Source: a virus (Duplodnaviria > Caudoviricetes). Taken from it: a stretch of 64,000 nucleotides of DNA. Of the stretch, positions 29,796-39,998 are shown piece after piece. The stretch covers positions 32,001 through 96,000 of the IMG/VR virus record IMGVR_UViG_2630968879_000020. One strand, given 5' to 3'. Numbering within the stretch: the stretch's first letter is position 1; each line of letters starts with the position of its first letter. The translations under genes were made by a program, and so were the position numbers. The notes below the pieces were generated by a model. That model was not told the DNA's origin. It saw only the letters and a list, made by a program, of their open reading frames with translations, and made no database searches.

Positions 29796-32700
29796 ATGTG
29801 GTACAGGGAAGGTACTAATTCTTTTGTGAAAGACAGCAAAAAGGTTACAGGTGTTGGAACTCTTTGGTCACAAGCAAAGTATGGCGTTATGCCGGGCATG
29901 GTGCTTATTGGTTCTGATAATCTCCTATATGAAATTGAAAGGGTCCAGAATAATACAGAACTGACGTTAGTAGAGGCTTACAAGGGAAATACAATCAAGG
30001 ATCAACCCTGCCGTATTATTACTACTTACGAAGGAGATTTGTCACAATTTAGTGCGCGGTTCTCAGCCTTGCTTCACTCAATATCCGGTGATTCCCGTGA
30101 AATTAGAAATTGGTTAACGTCACCATCACCAGTCGTTATTGTTAGAGATGATGGTACTACATTCAAGGCAGATTCATTGGAAACAATCCATGCGGCGCAC
30201 AAAGCTCGTATAGAGTGGTTTGATAAAAATCAGACTCTGATTTCAGATGCAGGCAATCAAGCCGCAAATGCGGCTGGTTCAGCGAAAGCTGCAAAAGACT
30301 CACAAATAGCTGCTAAGGGCAGTGAAACGCAAGCGGCTAATTCTGCTAAATCGGCAAAGGATTTTCAAGTTGTAGCATCAGCATCTCAATCGGCCGCAAA
30401 AACGTCAGAAACGAATGCCAAGACATCTGAAATAAATGCTGCAAATTCAGCGAAAGCAGCGGCGATTTCACAAACTGCGGCTAAGGCATCAGAAACTAAT
30501 GCCGCGAACTCAGCTAAAGGGGCGAATATGTCTCAGGCGGCTGCAAAGGTTTCTGAAACTAACGCAGGTAATTTTTCTAAAGCAGGTAAAGCATCTGAAC
30601 TTGCTGCTAAGACCTCAGAGACTAACGCAAAATCATCCGAAGTTAGTGCTAAATCATCAGAGGCTAATGCTAAATCGTCTGCGAATACTGCGACAGAGAA
30701 AGCCAAACAAGCAACCGGTTCACAAGTAGCAGCAAAAGCCTCTGAAACTAATGCTGCATCATCCAAAGCTTCCTCAGCTCAATCTGCCTCTAATGCTTCG
30801 GCTTCTGCAAGCAAAGCAGAACAGGAAGCTAATAAAGCAATAAGTTCAGCCAATAACGCAGCAACCTCTGCATCTAGTGCGGCAAGTTCTGCAAATTCTG
30901 CAAAAACGTCTGAGTCTAACGCTAAGGCATCATCAAATAGCGCCTCCTCCTCAGAGAGAAATGCTAAGGCATCAGAAAATAATGCAGCAATATCTAAGTC
31001 AGCAGCCGAACAATCGGCAAAAGACGCAGCAAGTACTCTTGCCAAAATGGTGAATGATGCAAAGGTTGCAGATAACGCAGCCAAAGCCGCAAAGTTATCA
31101 GAGAATAACGCAAAGGTAAGCGAAACTGCTACGAAATCCTCAGAAACAAATGCTTCCAATGCAGCAAAAGCAGCTAAAGTCTCTCAAGACGCTGCAAAAA
31201 TTTCAGAAACCAATGCGGCAAATTCAGCAAAAATTTCCTCTACTTCTCAAATCGCAGCAAAAGCCTCAGAAACAGAGGCCGTGTCATCAAAAAATGCAGC
31301 ACAAGAAGCAGCAACCTTAGCAACTAAAAAAGCAGAATTAGCCGCAGTCTCTGAAAGTAAGGCTCAGGATGCTGCCAATAGAGCAACACTTGCGGCACAG
31401 GAAAAAGAAGATCTTCTCAAAGGGAAGACAATTGCAATAAGCCTCGGTTCGGGTAAAACCAGTTGGACAAAAATAGCTGAAGTAGATATGCCTCAAAATC
31501 CCGGCGTGCCTAGTACAGTTCGTATAGAGCTTATAGGAGGTAGTGGTTATAACGTGGGCGAGTATCCACAAACAGCGATGTCTGAGATTGTCTTACGCTC
31601 TGGTAATGGTTATCCCAAGGGGCTCAATGCTTCTCTCTATAGAACAAATACTTGTGCCGCGAATAAAGTGGCAACCATCAATACAGGAAATGATAAATAT
31701 GATGTTTATGTTCATTTCTATGGTTTTCCATTCAATTTGATTTGTAATGTACAACAAGCTAATGCCACGATATTAAATATAGGTAATTTATCAGGAGCAT
31801 TAGAAACCTTACCTGATGGAGTGCTGGAGGGTAAAACGTACAATTACGTTTTGGCTTCATCTGACGACCGCGGTAATCTATCAATTGATACCAATATATA
31901 TGGGCCGGGATTTGTTTCTGGAGCGCAAGGCAAGGATAGAACATGGCTAGAACCCAAAGAGGGTAATGCTTGTTGGTTAGCTAACATTGGCGATAAGTAT
32001 GCTGGCGAATTCCGACATCCGAAAAAGTCAGGAACCGCTGCCATATTGGAAGATCATTATACTAAAGGTGAATCTGATGGTAAATACCAGCCTAAAGGAA
32101 ATTATGCTGTAGTTGGGGCTTCGTACACTAAAGACGAAACTAACCAGAACTTTGTAAAAAGCGATACAACAAATCTTGGTAAATCATGGACTAGCCTGAC
32201 AACTATTCCAGATGGCGGATGGGGTCAACCTATTGGCTATTCGACAATGGTACGTATCAACAGCTTTGGGTTACCGAATGGATTCGCTGATCATGGATAT
32301 TGGAATGTCATTGCCGCTCGTGATATGGCTCAGGGATATGCCGGATTTTTAACGGGTTTTAATAATGGGAAAGTTTATTACGGATTTTCTAACACGAAAG
32401 AGGGCAATCCTACTTGGGTTAGGGTGTACACAGAAAATCATAAACCCTCACCGAGTGAATTAGATGTATACACTAAAGGTGAATCTGACAATCGTAATTA
32501 CAGCAGCCTTAGTTATGTAATCCGTAAATCTGGCGGTGATAATACGGATCTAAATAACTGGCCGAGAAATAGAGTTGCGTTTGTTTATCATGATGCGGCA
32601 AACAATTCCAATGTTACAGGAGTAGGCGCTTCATTTTCTGCCTTGAATAATAACTATGTATTGCAGCTTGTTTCTCAATACCACGGTAATGGGGATGTTC

Positions 32701-34715
32701 TTAAGTTCAGAACTAGAAATGGGGATAAAAATAGTTGGAACCCTTGGCACCATATTGCAACAACAAACTGGACATATTCGCGAGGTGACATTGATGTGAA
32801 AATCAATGGGCGCATGGCTAACGGCACTGCTTATACTAAAGGTGAATCAGACGGTAAATACCAGCCGAAAGGTAGTTATGCCATCACTCAGAACACCGTC
32901 CCTAATAGCCGGAAAGTTAACGGAAAACCATTATCATCAGATATTACGTTGAATGCTGCCGATATTGGTGCGTTTTCTAGAGGATTAACGGAAGCTGTTT
33001 CAGGCGATAACGTACCGTGGAATGCGGCATCTGGTGTGTATAATGCCAATTATAGCGGTCATACCCAGATTATTGTTCATTTTAGTATGGGGGCGGGAAA
33101 TACTAGTACACCATCACTCCAGTTAAAATCAATATGTAAGAATGGTGGTATAGCCTATCGTTCGGCTAGGGATGGTCATGGATTTGAAGAGACTTGGACG
33201 GAGTTTTACACCACAAAAAATAAACCTTCTGCGAGTGATGTAGGAGCGTATTCGAAAGGCGAGTCTGATGGTAAATATGTCTTAAAAAACTCGCAAGAAG
33301 AGATTAATGCTGGTTATTTTTCAGCTAAATGGATTAATAATTATGCAGGGATTAAATTAATAAAACCAGATAACCGATATGCATTAATTGAAACCACTCC
33401 ACACGGCAGTGCGCCATTAAACTTTATCTACCGTGATGAAAAGGGCACTAATATTTCTGTTGCATCACTACCAACAGAAACTGGAGTTATTGCATTACAG
33501 GGTTATTCCTACTCTAAAGCAGAAGCAGATGGTAAATACCAGCCGAAAGGTAGTTATGCTAATGCAGCTTCTCACGCCTTTAGTGGTGAAGTGAGAGCAC
33601 CAAACGTCATCACTGGAGCAATAAACAACCAAAGTTACTTTTTTCAAAGCGATGGTGTTTGGAGATGGACTGTACAACAGGGTGGAAATTGGAAGGGAGA
33701 AATTACGCATCCTGGAAGAGGTGGTGTATTTGCTCTCCAAGGGGATAGCTATACGAAAGGTGAATCTGACAATCGTAATTACAGCAGTCTCAATTATGTA
33801 ATCAAAAAATCTGGTGGTGATAGTTCAGATCTAAATAACTGGCCGAACAATAGAGTTGCATTTGTCTATCATGATGCAGCAAACAGTTCTCAAGAGACAG
33901 GTGTGGGCGCTTCATTTTCTGCCTTGAATAATAATTATGTATTGCAGCTTGTTTCTCGATACCACAGTAATGGTGATGTTCTTAAGTTCAGAACAAAAAA
34001 TGGGGATAACAATACTTGGAACCCTTGGCACCATATTGCAACAACAAACTGGACATATTCGCGAGGTGATATTGACGCGAAAATTAATGGTCGCATGGCA
34101 AATGGTACTGCTTATACTAAAGGTGAATCAGACGGAAAATATCAACCGCGTGGAAATTTCCAGCTCGCGGGGAATTACGCGGTAAGAGGGGAGAATTATA
34201 CCAAAGGTGAATCTGATGGTCGTTATTATGCTAAATCAGGTGAGGGCAATTTAACCTTAGTAGGTGCATTTCGTCGCCATATTATCTTTAATAATGGTTC
34301 TAAAATTGATGGATATATCTTCAAAGATCCTAACGGGCACTTGATGTTTAATAATGGTGTTCACGGTGGTGACTGGCAGATGCGAACTGATGGATCGTTT
34401 TACTGTGGAGGTAATGGTAACTTTAACGATGTCTATATCAGGTCAGATAAACGAGCCAAAAAAGATATTGCAAAAATCAGTGATGCAACCCAAAAACTGT
34501 CAAAACTGAGTGGCTATACCTATACCGTATCTGACGATAACAAAAATAATAGTCGCTCTGCTGGTCTTATCGCTCAAGAGGTTCAGAAAGTTTTGCCAGA
34601 GGCTGTAACTCAAGATGAAAATGATTTATTACGCTTGAACTATAACAGCATAATTGGATTATTGGTTGAGGCAGTTAAAGATTTACAAAAACAGGTAGAT
34701 GAACTTAAAAATTAA
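29796..34715 (+). CDS. Long (side) tail fibre with C-terminal intramolecular chaperone (peptidase S74)
   Basis: MWYREGT attachment domain, Ala/Ser repeats (AKxSETNA), GNGNFNDVYIRSD, GLIAQEVQKVLPEAV. Confidence 0.9.
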   Translation: MWYREGTNSFVKDSKKVTGVGTLWSQAKYGVMPGMVLIGSDNLLYEIERVQNNTELTLVEAYKGNTIKDQPCRIITTYEGDLSQFSARFSALLHSISGDSREIRNWLTSPSPVVIVRDDGTTFKADSLETIHAAHKARIEWFDKNQTLISDAGNQAANAAGSAKAAKDSQIAAKGSETQAANSAKSAKDFQVVASASQSAAKTSETNAKTSEINAANSAKAAAISQTAAKASETNAANSAKGANMSQAAAKVSETNAGNFSKAGKASELAAKTSETNAKSSEVSAKSSEANAKSSANTATEKAKQATGSQVAAKASETNAASSKASSAQSASNASASASKAEQEANKAISSANNAATSASSAASSANSAKTSESNAKASSNSASSSERNAKASENNAAISKSAAEQSAKDAASTLAKMVNDAKVADNAAKAAKLSENNAKVSETATKSSETNASNAAKAAKVSQDAAKISETNAANSAKISSTSQIAAKASETEAVSSKNAAQEAATLATKKAELAAVSESKAQDAANRATLAAQEKEDLLKGKTIAISLGSGKTSWTKIAEVDMPQNPGVPSTVRIELIGGSGYNVGEYPQTAMSEIVLRSGNGYPKGLNASLYRTNTCAANKVATINTGNDKYDVYVHFYGFPFNLICNVQQANATILNIGNLSGALETLPDGVLEGKTYNYVLASSDDRGNLSIDTNIYGPGFVSGAQGKDRTWLEPKEGNACWLANIGDKYAGEFRHPKKSGTAAILEDHYTKGESDGKYQPKGNYAVVGASYTKDETNQNFVKSDTTNLGKSWTSLTTIPDGGWGQPIGYSTMVRINSFGLPNGFADHGYWNVIAARDMAQGYAGFLTGFNNGKVYYGFSNTKEGNPTWVRVYTENHKPSPSELDVYTKGESDNRNYSSLSYVIRKSGGDNTDLNNWPRNRVAFVYHDAANNSNVTGVGASFSALNNNYVLQLVSQYHGNGDVLKFRTRNGDKNSWNPWHHIATTNWTYSRGDIDVKINGRMANGTAYTKGESDGKYQPKGSYAITQNTVPNSRKVNGKPLSSDITLNAADIGAFSRGLTEAVSGDNVPWNAASGVYNANYSGHTQIIVHFSMGAGNTSTPSLQLKSICKNGGIAYRSARDGHGFEETWTEFYTTKNKPSASDVGAYSKGESDGKYVLKNSQEEINAGYFSAKWINNYAGIKLIKPDNRYALIETTPHGSAPLNFIYRDEKGTNISVASLPTETGVIALQGYSYSKAEADGKYQPKGSYANAASHAFSGEVRAPNVITGAINNQSYFFQSDGVWRWTVQQGGNWKGEITHPGRGGVFALQGDSYTKGESDNRNYSSLNYVIKKSGGDSSDLNNWPNNRVAFVYHDAANSSQETGVGASFSALNNNYVLQLVSRYHSNGDVLKFRTKNGDNNTWNPWHHIATTNWTYSRGDIDAKINGRMANGTAYTKGESDGKYQPRGNFQLAGNYAVRGENYTKGESDGRYYAKSGEGNLTLVGAFRRHIIFNNGSKIDGYIFKDPNGHLMFNNGVHGGDWQMRTDGSFYCGGNGNFNDVYIRSDKRAKKDIAKISDATQKLSKLSGYTYTVSDDNKNNSRSAGLIAQEVQKVLPEAVTQDENDLLRLNYNSIIGLLVEAVKDLQKQVDELKN
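32469..34151 (+). repeat. ~400-bp internal duplication in the fibre (32469-32870 and 33750-34151)
   Basis: YTKGESDNRNYSSL...MANGTAYTKGESDGKYQP occurs twice, 1281 bp apart. Confidence 0.9.
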
Positions 34716-34793
34716 TAAGTATTTACTTACCTATTAATTTTGAAAATGATATAAATTACCCACCCGATAGCGCCTAATACATGGAGGTTAAAA

Positions 34794-35120
34794 ATGGCAA
34801 ACGAGGTGGGAAATGTTTCACCAGAAATGGTTGAACGTATCGCCAAAATAGTCGCCAAAGAAGTTGCGGCAAATATAAGTGATGACTTAAAGGATAAAGT
34901 TGGTGAAGAAGTTGAGCGCCACCTTAAAGCCTACTTTGGTGATATGACAGCAGCACAACACAGTATTCAACATGCCAATCTGGAAAAATTACTGGTTAGG
35001 TTAGACAGCCTTTCTAGTGGATTTTACGGAGGCATAATTTCGAAGATAGCTTCCATGCTGGTAGCAGCTCTAATTTTAGGATTGGCGGCTTGGGGCTTAA
35101 AAAATGGTGTAGGTAACTAA
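34794..35120 (+). CDS. Putative holin/antiholin
   Basis: C-terminal TM helix; directly precedes the endolysin. Confidence 0.5.
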   Translation: MANEVGNVSPEMVERIAKIVAKEVAANISDDLKDKVGEEVERHLKAYFGDMTAAQHSIQHANLEKLLVRLDSLSSGFYGGIISKIASMLVAALILGLAAWGLKNGVGN

Positions 35121-35134
35121 AGGAGTAGTTAGCT

Positions 35135-35833
35135 ATGGTTGGTAAAGGATTACCTCGTGGGATTAGAAACCACAACCCCGGCAACCTCGAAATAGGGTCT
35201 CCGTGGCAAGGTTTAACCAAAAAACCTCAAGATATCCGTTTCTGTTCATTCGTGGATGCAGCTTATGGTATTCGCGCATTAGCAGTTACGCTGATCACCT
35301 ATCACGATAAACGTAAAGCAACAAATGGCACTCGCATCGATACCGTGCGTAAAGTCATTGAACGTTGGGCGCCCTCAGTTGAAAACCACACAGAACGGTA
35401 CATTCAGTTCGTCAGTAAGGCAATGGGTGTTTATCCTGATCAAAATATTAACCTGCATGATTACGACACTATTTGTCCATTGGTGGAGGCGATAATTCGT
35501 CAGGAAAACGGTCGGGGTAAAATAAAAACACTAAATTCATGGTACAGCCGTGAAGTTATCGACGAGGGTTTGCGTCGTGCCGGTATTATCAAAAAGACGA
35601 AAGAAGTTGTCAAAATTCCGGTAACGAAGGAAACCGCGAGTGCAACGGTTGCAGCGTCTTTAGGGATTGGTCAGATTGCCGAAGTCATGCCTCAGATCTC
35701 AGATGCTATGATGAAATCAGAAAGCCATCTGTCCAGTGGTTCAGTAGTTCGCATCACCTTCGGAGTTGCAACTATTGTGGTGGCTTGTGTAATTGCTTAC
35801 GCGCAAGTTCGTCGTCATAAACAGGGAATTTAA
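35135..35833 (+). CDS. Putative endolysin (P5-like lysozyme fold) with C-terminal hydrophobic helices
   Basis: RGIRNHNPGNL, YGIRAL, RWAPSVENHT..YI, AIIRQENG. Confidence 0.75.
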   Translation: MVGKGLPRGIRNHNPGNLEIGSPWQGLTKKPQDIRFCSFVDAAYGIRALAVTLITYHDKRKATNGTRIDTVRKVIERWAPSVENHTERYIQFVSKAMGVYPDQNINLHDYDTICPLVEAIIRQENGRGKIKTLNSWYSREVIDEGLRRAGIIKKTKEVVKIPVTKETASATVAASLGIGQIAEVMPQISDAMMKSESHLSSGSVVRITFGVATIVVACVIAYAQVRRHKQGI

Positions 35834-35871
35834 TTAAAGGAATAGTCTTCAGTAATGGGGACTATGCTGTT

Positions 35872-36183
35872 ATGTCATTAAGTGGAGTTTCAATTTACGC
35901 TCCTGATGGAAGAGAAAGTATAAGTGAAACAGATCGTATTGGCCGTATATTGCCTGCACTGGGTCGTAATGGATATCTTAAAAGAGAGTTTCATCACCCA
36001 GAACTTGCCGATATGGGGGAAATATTTGTGTGGACTGACCTTACATACGGATTTTGAAACATTGAAGGGTCTGGCCGCATAACTTTGAATGGTACGACAA
36101 TCACAGTGGAATTAAAAGTGAGTAGCGGTGGCACGGGGATTCCAGAGACATCGGGAATTAAGATTTATTATGGGATCAGATAA
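35872..36183 (+). pseudogene. Tail-tip accessory gene with in-frame TGA at 36055
   Basis: The frame continues past TGA (NIEGSG...IKIYYGIR) to a TAA that overlaps the next ATG. Confidence 0.75.
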
Positions 36184-36845
36184 TGGCGCATGGTTTCGAA
36201 CTTAGACGTAGTCACGGTATTTTGCAAGTTGATGGTAGATACCAAAATATGAATTTGACCATCAAAGAGTCTGTTGTTGCTCAGGGAGGCTACGTTGAGA
36301 ACAGTACCTATAGACGCATTGGTGTAAATACATCATTTTCTAAACCAGTACCGCCAACAACAACAATTACAGCTGTTGATTCAGATAACTGGATTAATTC
36401 TGCCGGTGGTATCAAACAAGCTGCCGGAGCTGGTAAAGCAAATGTGACCTTGTATGGATTCGGTACTAATAAACAGAACTGGTTTAACTCTCAGTATGGT
36501 TTAAGTGTCCGAAACGAGCAAGGGCAAGAGGTTTATAACTCTAATTGGGCAGTAATGAAAGTCGTTGATGTGTTTAATCTGGGCTTTGTGCGTAATTGGA
36601 GTTACAAAATCCCTGCTGGAAAAAAATATGCATTGATGATGGGAGGTGGTCGTGAAGAATATCAAATGGGTTACTATAGCAATAACGCTTATGGATGTTG
36701 GCATGAGTTCAGGCGTATTGGCGATAGGTTTGAAATCCGCTACAACGAAAATACTATGTGGTGGTTTCGCGATGAAGATGAAATCTCTTATGTCGCTCAA
36801 GATTACGACTTGAACATCATCATATTAGACGTTACCGGATATTGA
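36183..36845 (+). CDS. Tail-tip accessory protein (type found after J in T1/N15-like phages)
   Basis: YGLSVRNEQGQEVYNS; ends IILDVTGY. Confidence 0.65.
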   Translation: MAHGFELRRSHGILQVDGRYQNMNLTIKESVVAQGGYVENSTYRRIGVNTSFSKPVPPTTTITAVDSDNWINSAGGIKQAAGAGKANVTLYGFGTNKQNWFNSQYGLSVRNEQGQEVYNSNWAVMKVVDVFNLGFVRNWSYKIPAGKKYALMMGGGREEYQMGYYSNNAYGCWHEFRRIGDRFEIRYNENTMWWFRDEDEISYVAQDYDLNIIILDVTGY

Positions 36846-36903
36846 TTCTTGTTTCCCTAGTTGAATGAGTTGTAATAAACTCAACAACATAAGGAAAAAA
36901 TAA

Positions 36904-37185
36904 ATGAAAAATAGTAAGTTAGTTATTGCTTCTCTTGCTGCTTTGTTCTTGGCAGGATGTTCAGCTATAGCACAGAATGAAAATATAAAGTCTGTTCAGT
37001 GTCGGGGTTACATTGACATTAAAGCTACAGCAAAAACTCAATCTATTCCGCTAACGAAATATAACGTAACCACAGGTAAATTCTATAGCCCCGGTCATGG
37101 TTTTGTTGGCATGATGGGTTGGCATTCAACTGAACCATTCAGCAAGATCGAATGTTTAAACGAAGATCCTCGAAAAGTTAAATGA
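36904..37185 (+). CDS. cor: Cor-like superinfection exclusion lipoprotein
   Basis: Lipobox LAGC, two further Cys, C-terminal W.....F....C; follows the two tip genes. Confidence 0.55.
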   Translation: MKNSKLVIASLAALFLAGCSAIAQNENIKSVQCRGYIDIKATAKTQSIPLTKYNVTTGKFYSPGHGFVGMMGWHSTEPFSKIECLNEDPRKVK

Positions 37186-37421
37186 TTTCAAAAATAAAAT
37201 CAGCGCTATATACCGGACTATCTGTTATCGCTGTTCTCTTCGCCGCCTATTTGATAGGCGGCAGAGCGGCTAAAAAATCTGTTGAAATAAAACGACGGCA
37301 GGAAGAAAATCAACGCCTGCAAACCACATTGGATGTGAAGAAAGAGGTTGAACATGAAGTTCAGCAAAAAGAAATCGGGGCTGCTGTTACTGAGCTTCGT
37401 AATGACTGGATGCGTAAATAA
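37182..37421 (+). CDS. i-spanin (Rz-like)
   Basis: N-terminal TM helix plus coiled coil. Confidence 0.65.
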   Translation: MISKIKSALYTGLSVIAVLFAAYLIGGRAAKKSVEIKRRQEENQRLQTTLDVKKEVEHEVQQKEIGAAVTELRNDWMRK

Positions 37422-37578
37422 TACCACTGGTTCGACAGCACCTGCCTTTTGTGACATTGCTTCACCTATCTATATTGGCAAAGAAGACACACTGACAGAT
37501 CTTACGGCAAGAAATATTCTTACCTATAATCTTATCGGATATAGGCTCTGTGGGTGGAAAAAATCGTCTAAAAATTGA
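37348..37578 (+). CDS. o-spanin (Rz1-like lipoprotein)
   Basis: Lipobox MTGC; overlaps the i-spanin in another frame; FCDIASPI. Confidence 0.65.
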   Translation: MNMKFSKKKSGLLLLSFVMTGCVNNTTGSTAPAFCDIASPIYIGKEDTLTDLTARNILTYNLIGYRLCGWKKSSKN

Positions 37579-37795
37579 ATTGTTTTAAAACATTACAATA
37601 ATGAGGCTACCACTGATTATAGGCTACTATTTTTCTTGCTCATTAATTTATTATTTAGATAAATAACAAAACAATATATTTTTTTAAATGTTTTTATTTA
37701 TAGGTTTTCTTCCATTTGTTAAATAACCAATGTATCTTATACAAAACAATAGTAACGGCGTGGTTGATTTATAAATCGAAATACATAAGGCGAAT

Positions 37796-38488
37796 ATGAT
37801 GAGTGGAGAAGCCCAAATAATACTGGTTGGTGGCAGTAAAGGTGGCCCCGGTAAAAGTACTATAGCTCAACAAATTGCGGGTTATTTACTTAACCGCGCA
37901 AAGAAAAAGGTTCACCTGTTAGATATCGATGCCCAACGTACAACCTATCAATGGTGTCAAGATAGGGAAAGCCTACCAGCGGAGAAGCCAGCAGAAAAGC
38001 TCTCATATCATTACCGTGGTGACGGTGTTATCGAATATTTGGATGGCATTAAAGGCCAATTCGATTACATTGTTATTGACGCCGGAGGCTTCGACTCAGA
38101 AGCTCAACGTGAAGCTATGCTGAGAGCCACTCACTTACTGCTCCCAATTCGCCCAAAACGCCGTGACGTTCGCTCATTAGCTGCGCTAGATCGTATTGTT
38201 GAGAAAGCGCAGACTTTAAATGAAGATTTAAAGGTTAGAGTAGTGATGAACCAGTGTCCGGCACTGCCTAACCAATACTCACGTATTCAGTTTGCCAAAG
38301 ACGTTTGTGAAACTTTTGGCATGTTCGCCTTAAATACCAATATCTACGCCCGTAACGTCTATGACGATGCGGAAGAAGCCGGTCGTACTATCTTTGAATT
38401 AACAAAAGAAGAACGGGATAAAAAGGCTGAGGCGGAAATTGAACTTTTAGTAAAAGAATTTGTGTATGGAGAAAAGGTAGATGGCTAA
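37796..38488 (+). CDS. parA: ParA partition ATPase
   Basis: Deviant Walker A KGGPGKST, LDIDAQ, IVIDAGG. Confidence 0.9.
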   Translation: MMSGEAQIILVGGSKGGPGKSTIAQQIAGYLLNRAKKKVHLLDIDAQRTTYQWCQDRESLPAEKPAEKLSYHYRGDGVIEYLDGIKGQFDYIVIDAGGFDSEAQREAMLRATHLLLPIRPKRRDVRSLAALDRIVEKAQTLNEDLKVRVVMNQCPALPNQYSRIQFAKDVCETFGMFALNTNIYARNVYDDAEEAGRTIFELTKEERDKKAEAEIELLVKEFVYGEKVDG

Positions 38489-38843
38489 GAACCCGATGGC
38501 TGGACTGGCAAAACAAGAACGAGAAGAAGCGGTACAGGAGTTTCTGAGCAATTCTTCCCTGAAAGAGAAAACAGTCAAACAGCGTGGTCGCCGCAAGAAC
38601 AGTACTGAAATTATCAAAAGTCGTACTGTCTCGATGGAAGATGAATATCATGAATTAGTAGATCTGCTGAGAGTCGCTCCTAGACGTGCCAATTTAAGTC
38701 GCTCAGACGTGTTTAGAGCTGCTTTGGTAACTTTAGCTTCTTTACCCTTTAGTGATATAAAGGCTGCGTTAGAGTTGAGCTTAGAGACTAAGCCGGAAGA
38801 GATTCAACAGCTCATAAAAGATTTAGATAAAAAGATCCCATAA
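38481..38843 (+). CDS. Small partition partner (RHH-like centromere-binding protein)
   Basis: Coupled to parA; SRTVSM...LSRSDVFRAAL pattern. Confidence 0.6.
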   Translation: MAKNPMAGLAKQEREEAVQEFLSNSSLKEKTVKQRGRRKNSTEIIKSRTVSMEDEYHELVDLLRVAPRRANLSRSDVFRAALVTLASLPFSDIKAALELSLETKPEEIQQLIKDLDKKIP

Positions 38844-38873
38844 AAGAAAAGCCGCTGATGCGGCTTTTCTTTT
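38843..38873. terminator. Bidirectional terminator
   Basis: AAAGAAAAGCCGC-TGAT-GCGGCTTTTCTTT between convergent genes. Confidence 0.8.
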
Positions 38874-39528
38874 ATGGGTTCGAAGCTAGAAGTGTTCTGC
38901 TAATAGCAATTAGGCGATGCTTGTGAACATCTTTGTCACTGCCCCAACAAAATTCATCCCATTTTTCATAAAACTCAGAAATGGATGGAATGACTACCAA
39001 GGGAATATAGTCCATATCACAATCATCAGAAATGCCATCAGAAGAGTATACGTGATAGCCTTTAGTTATTGCCCAGTCGATCATCTTTTCCCAAAAGCGT
39101 TTACCATCTTGAGTTTGTGCTTCATCAGTTACTACAATGTTATATTTGCTCAATAAATTCTTAAAAAAATCTCTTGGCAAATCGCCAATTGCATGTTGAT
39201 GTTCTGAGCGGGGTGTACGCCATATCATAATCTGGGTGCAAGTTTCCTTCCCCACGATGATATCTTTTCGAAAATGTAATTTTACGGCATAAACTGTTTC
39301 AGAATCTTCACCAGTTGTAATCATACGGTATTGGTGTTCTTTGAGCGATTTTACTAGATGGTAGCCATAAGGGACATCAAAGTTTGGCAACTCAAAGTTT
39401 TCTACGCCTTTTTGTAAAAAAGTTTTAGTATGTTCTTCATTTTTTTTAGGATGGCGTAATTTATTGTTAAATCCTGTGTCGGGGATCAAATATGGCATTG
39501 TGTTATTTTTCGCTTGATTAACCAACAT
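38872..39528 (-). CDS. Hypothetical protein, possible divergent GNAT fold
   Basis: IVVTDEAQTQDGKRFW motif shared with the 40331 pseudogene. Confidence 0.55.
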   Translation of the reverse strand: MLVNQAKNNTMPYLIPDTGFNNKLRHPKKNEEHTKTFLQKGVENFELPNFDVPYGYHLVKSLKEHQYRMITTGEDSETVYAVKLHFRKDIIVGKETCTQIMIWRTPRSEHQHAIGDLPRDFFKNLLSKYNIVVTDEAQTQDGKRFWEKMIDWAITKGYHVYSSDGISDDCDMDYIPLVVIPSISEFYEKWDEFCWGSDKDVHKHRLIAISRTLLASNP

Positions 39529-39998
39529 ATATTTGTCCTCCGAAATTAGGACAATCCTTTGATACTTATAATATTAAATTCAATTATAATACAGTTTTGG
39601 CACAGATTGGCAAACTACCGATACTATCCTACAACTTTGGCATGAATTGTTCAAATAGCATGTGGTTAGGGGTAATGATCGGATAGCCGCGATAACCGCC
39701 AACTTTTAGACAAGTAATTTCTAATTGACTAAAAAGTGACATTACTATATTAGAGTTACAACAAGCGGGGGTATTAAGGAATTTATGTTAAATAAGGGTT
39801 AAGCTACAATTTCGGTCTTCACTAGTAATGCGTCCAATTTATTGATAATTACTTTCTTAGTGTACGATTGTTCCTTCCCTTAAACATGCTGAAAAAACAA
39901 ACGAAAAGGTTGTTCAGTTGCGTAAATTCGTTATACTAACGATATCCATTGAGCATATTGGGTTTGTTTTATCCCACTGAATACTTTGAATTGATGAA

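Noticed and set aside
32058-34230. Shufflon or diversity-generating retroelement in the fibre
   Set aside because: All repeats are direct, there is no adjacent invertase or reverse transcriptase, and differences between copies are not adenine-specific
35872-36183. Genome-wide TGA recoding
   Set aside because: TGA ends normal genes here (portal, terS) and only one gene shows an internal TGA
37580-37790. parS centromere upstream of parA
   Set aside because: Only short AT-rich repeats (ACAAAACAATA twice), not distinguishable from background
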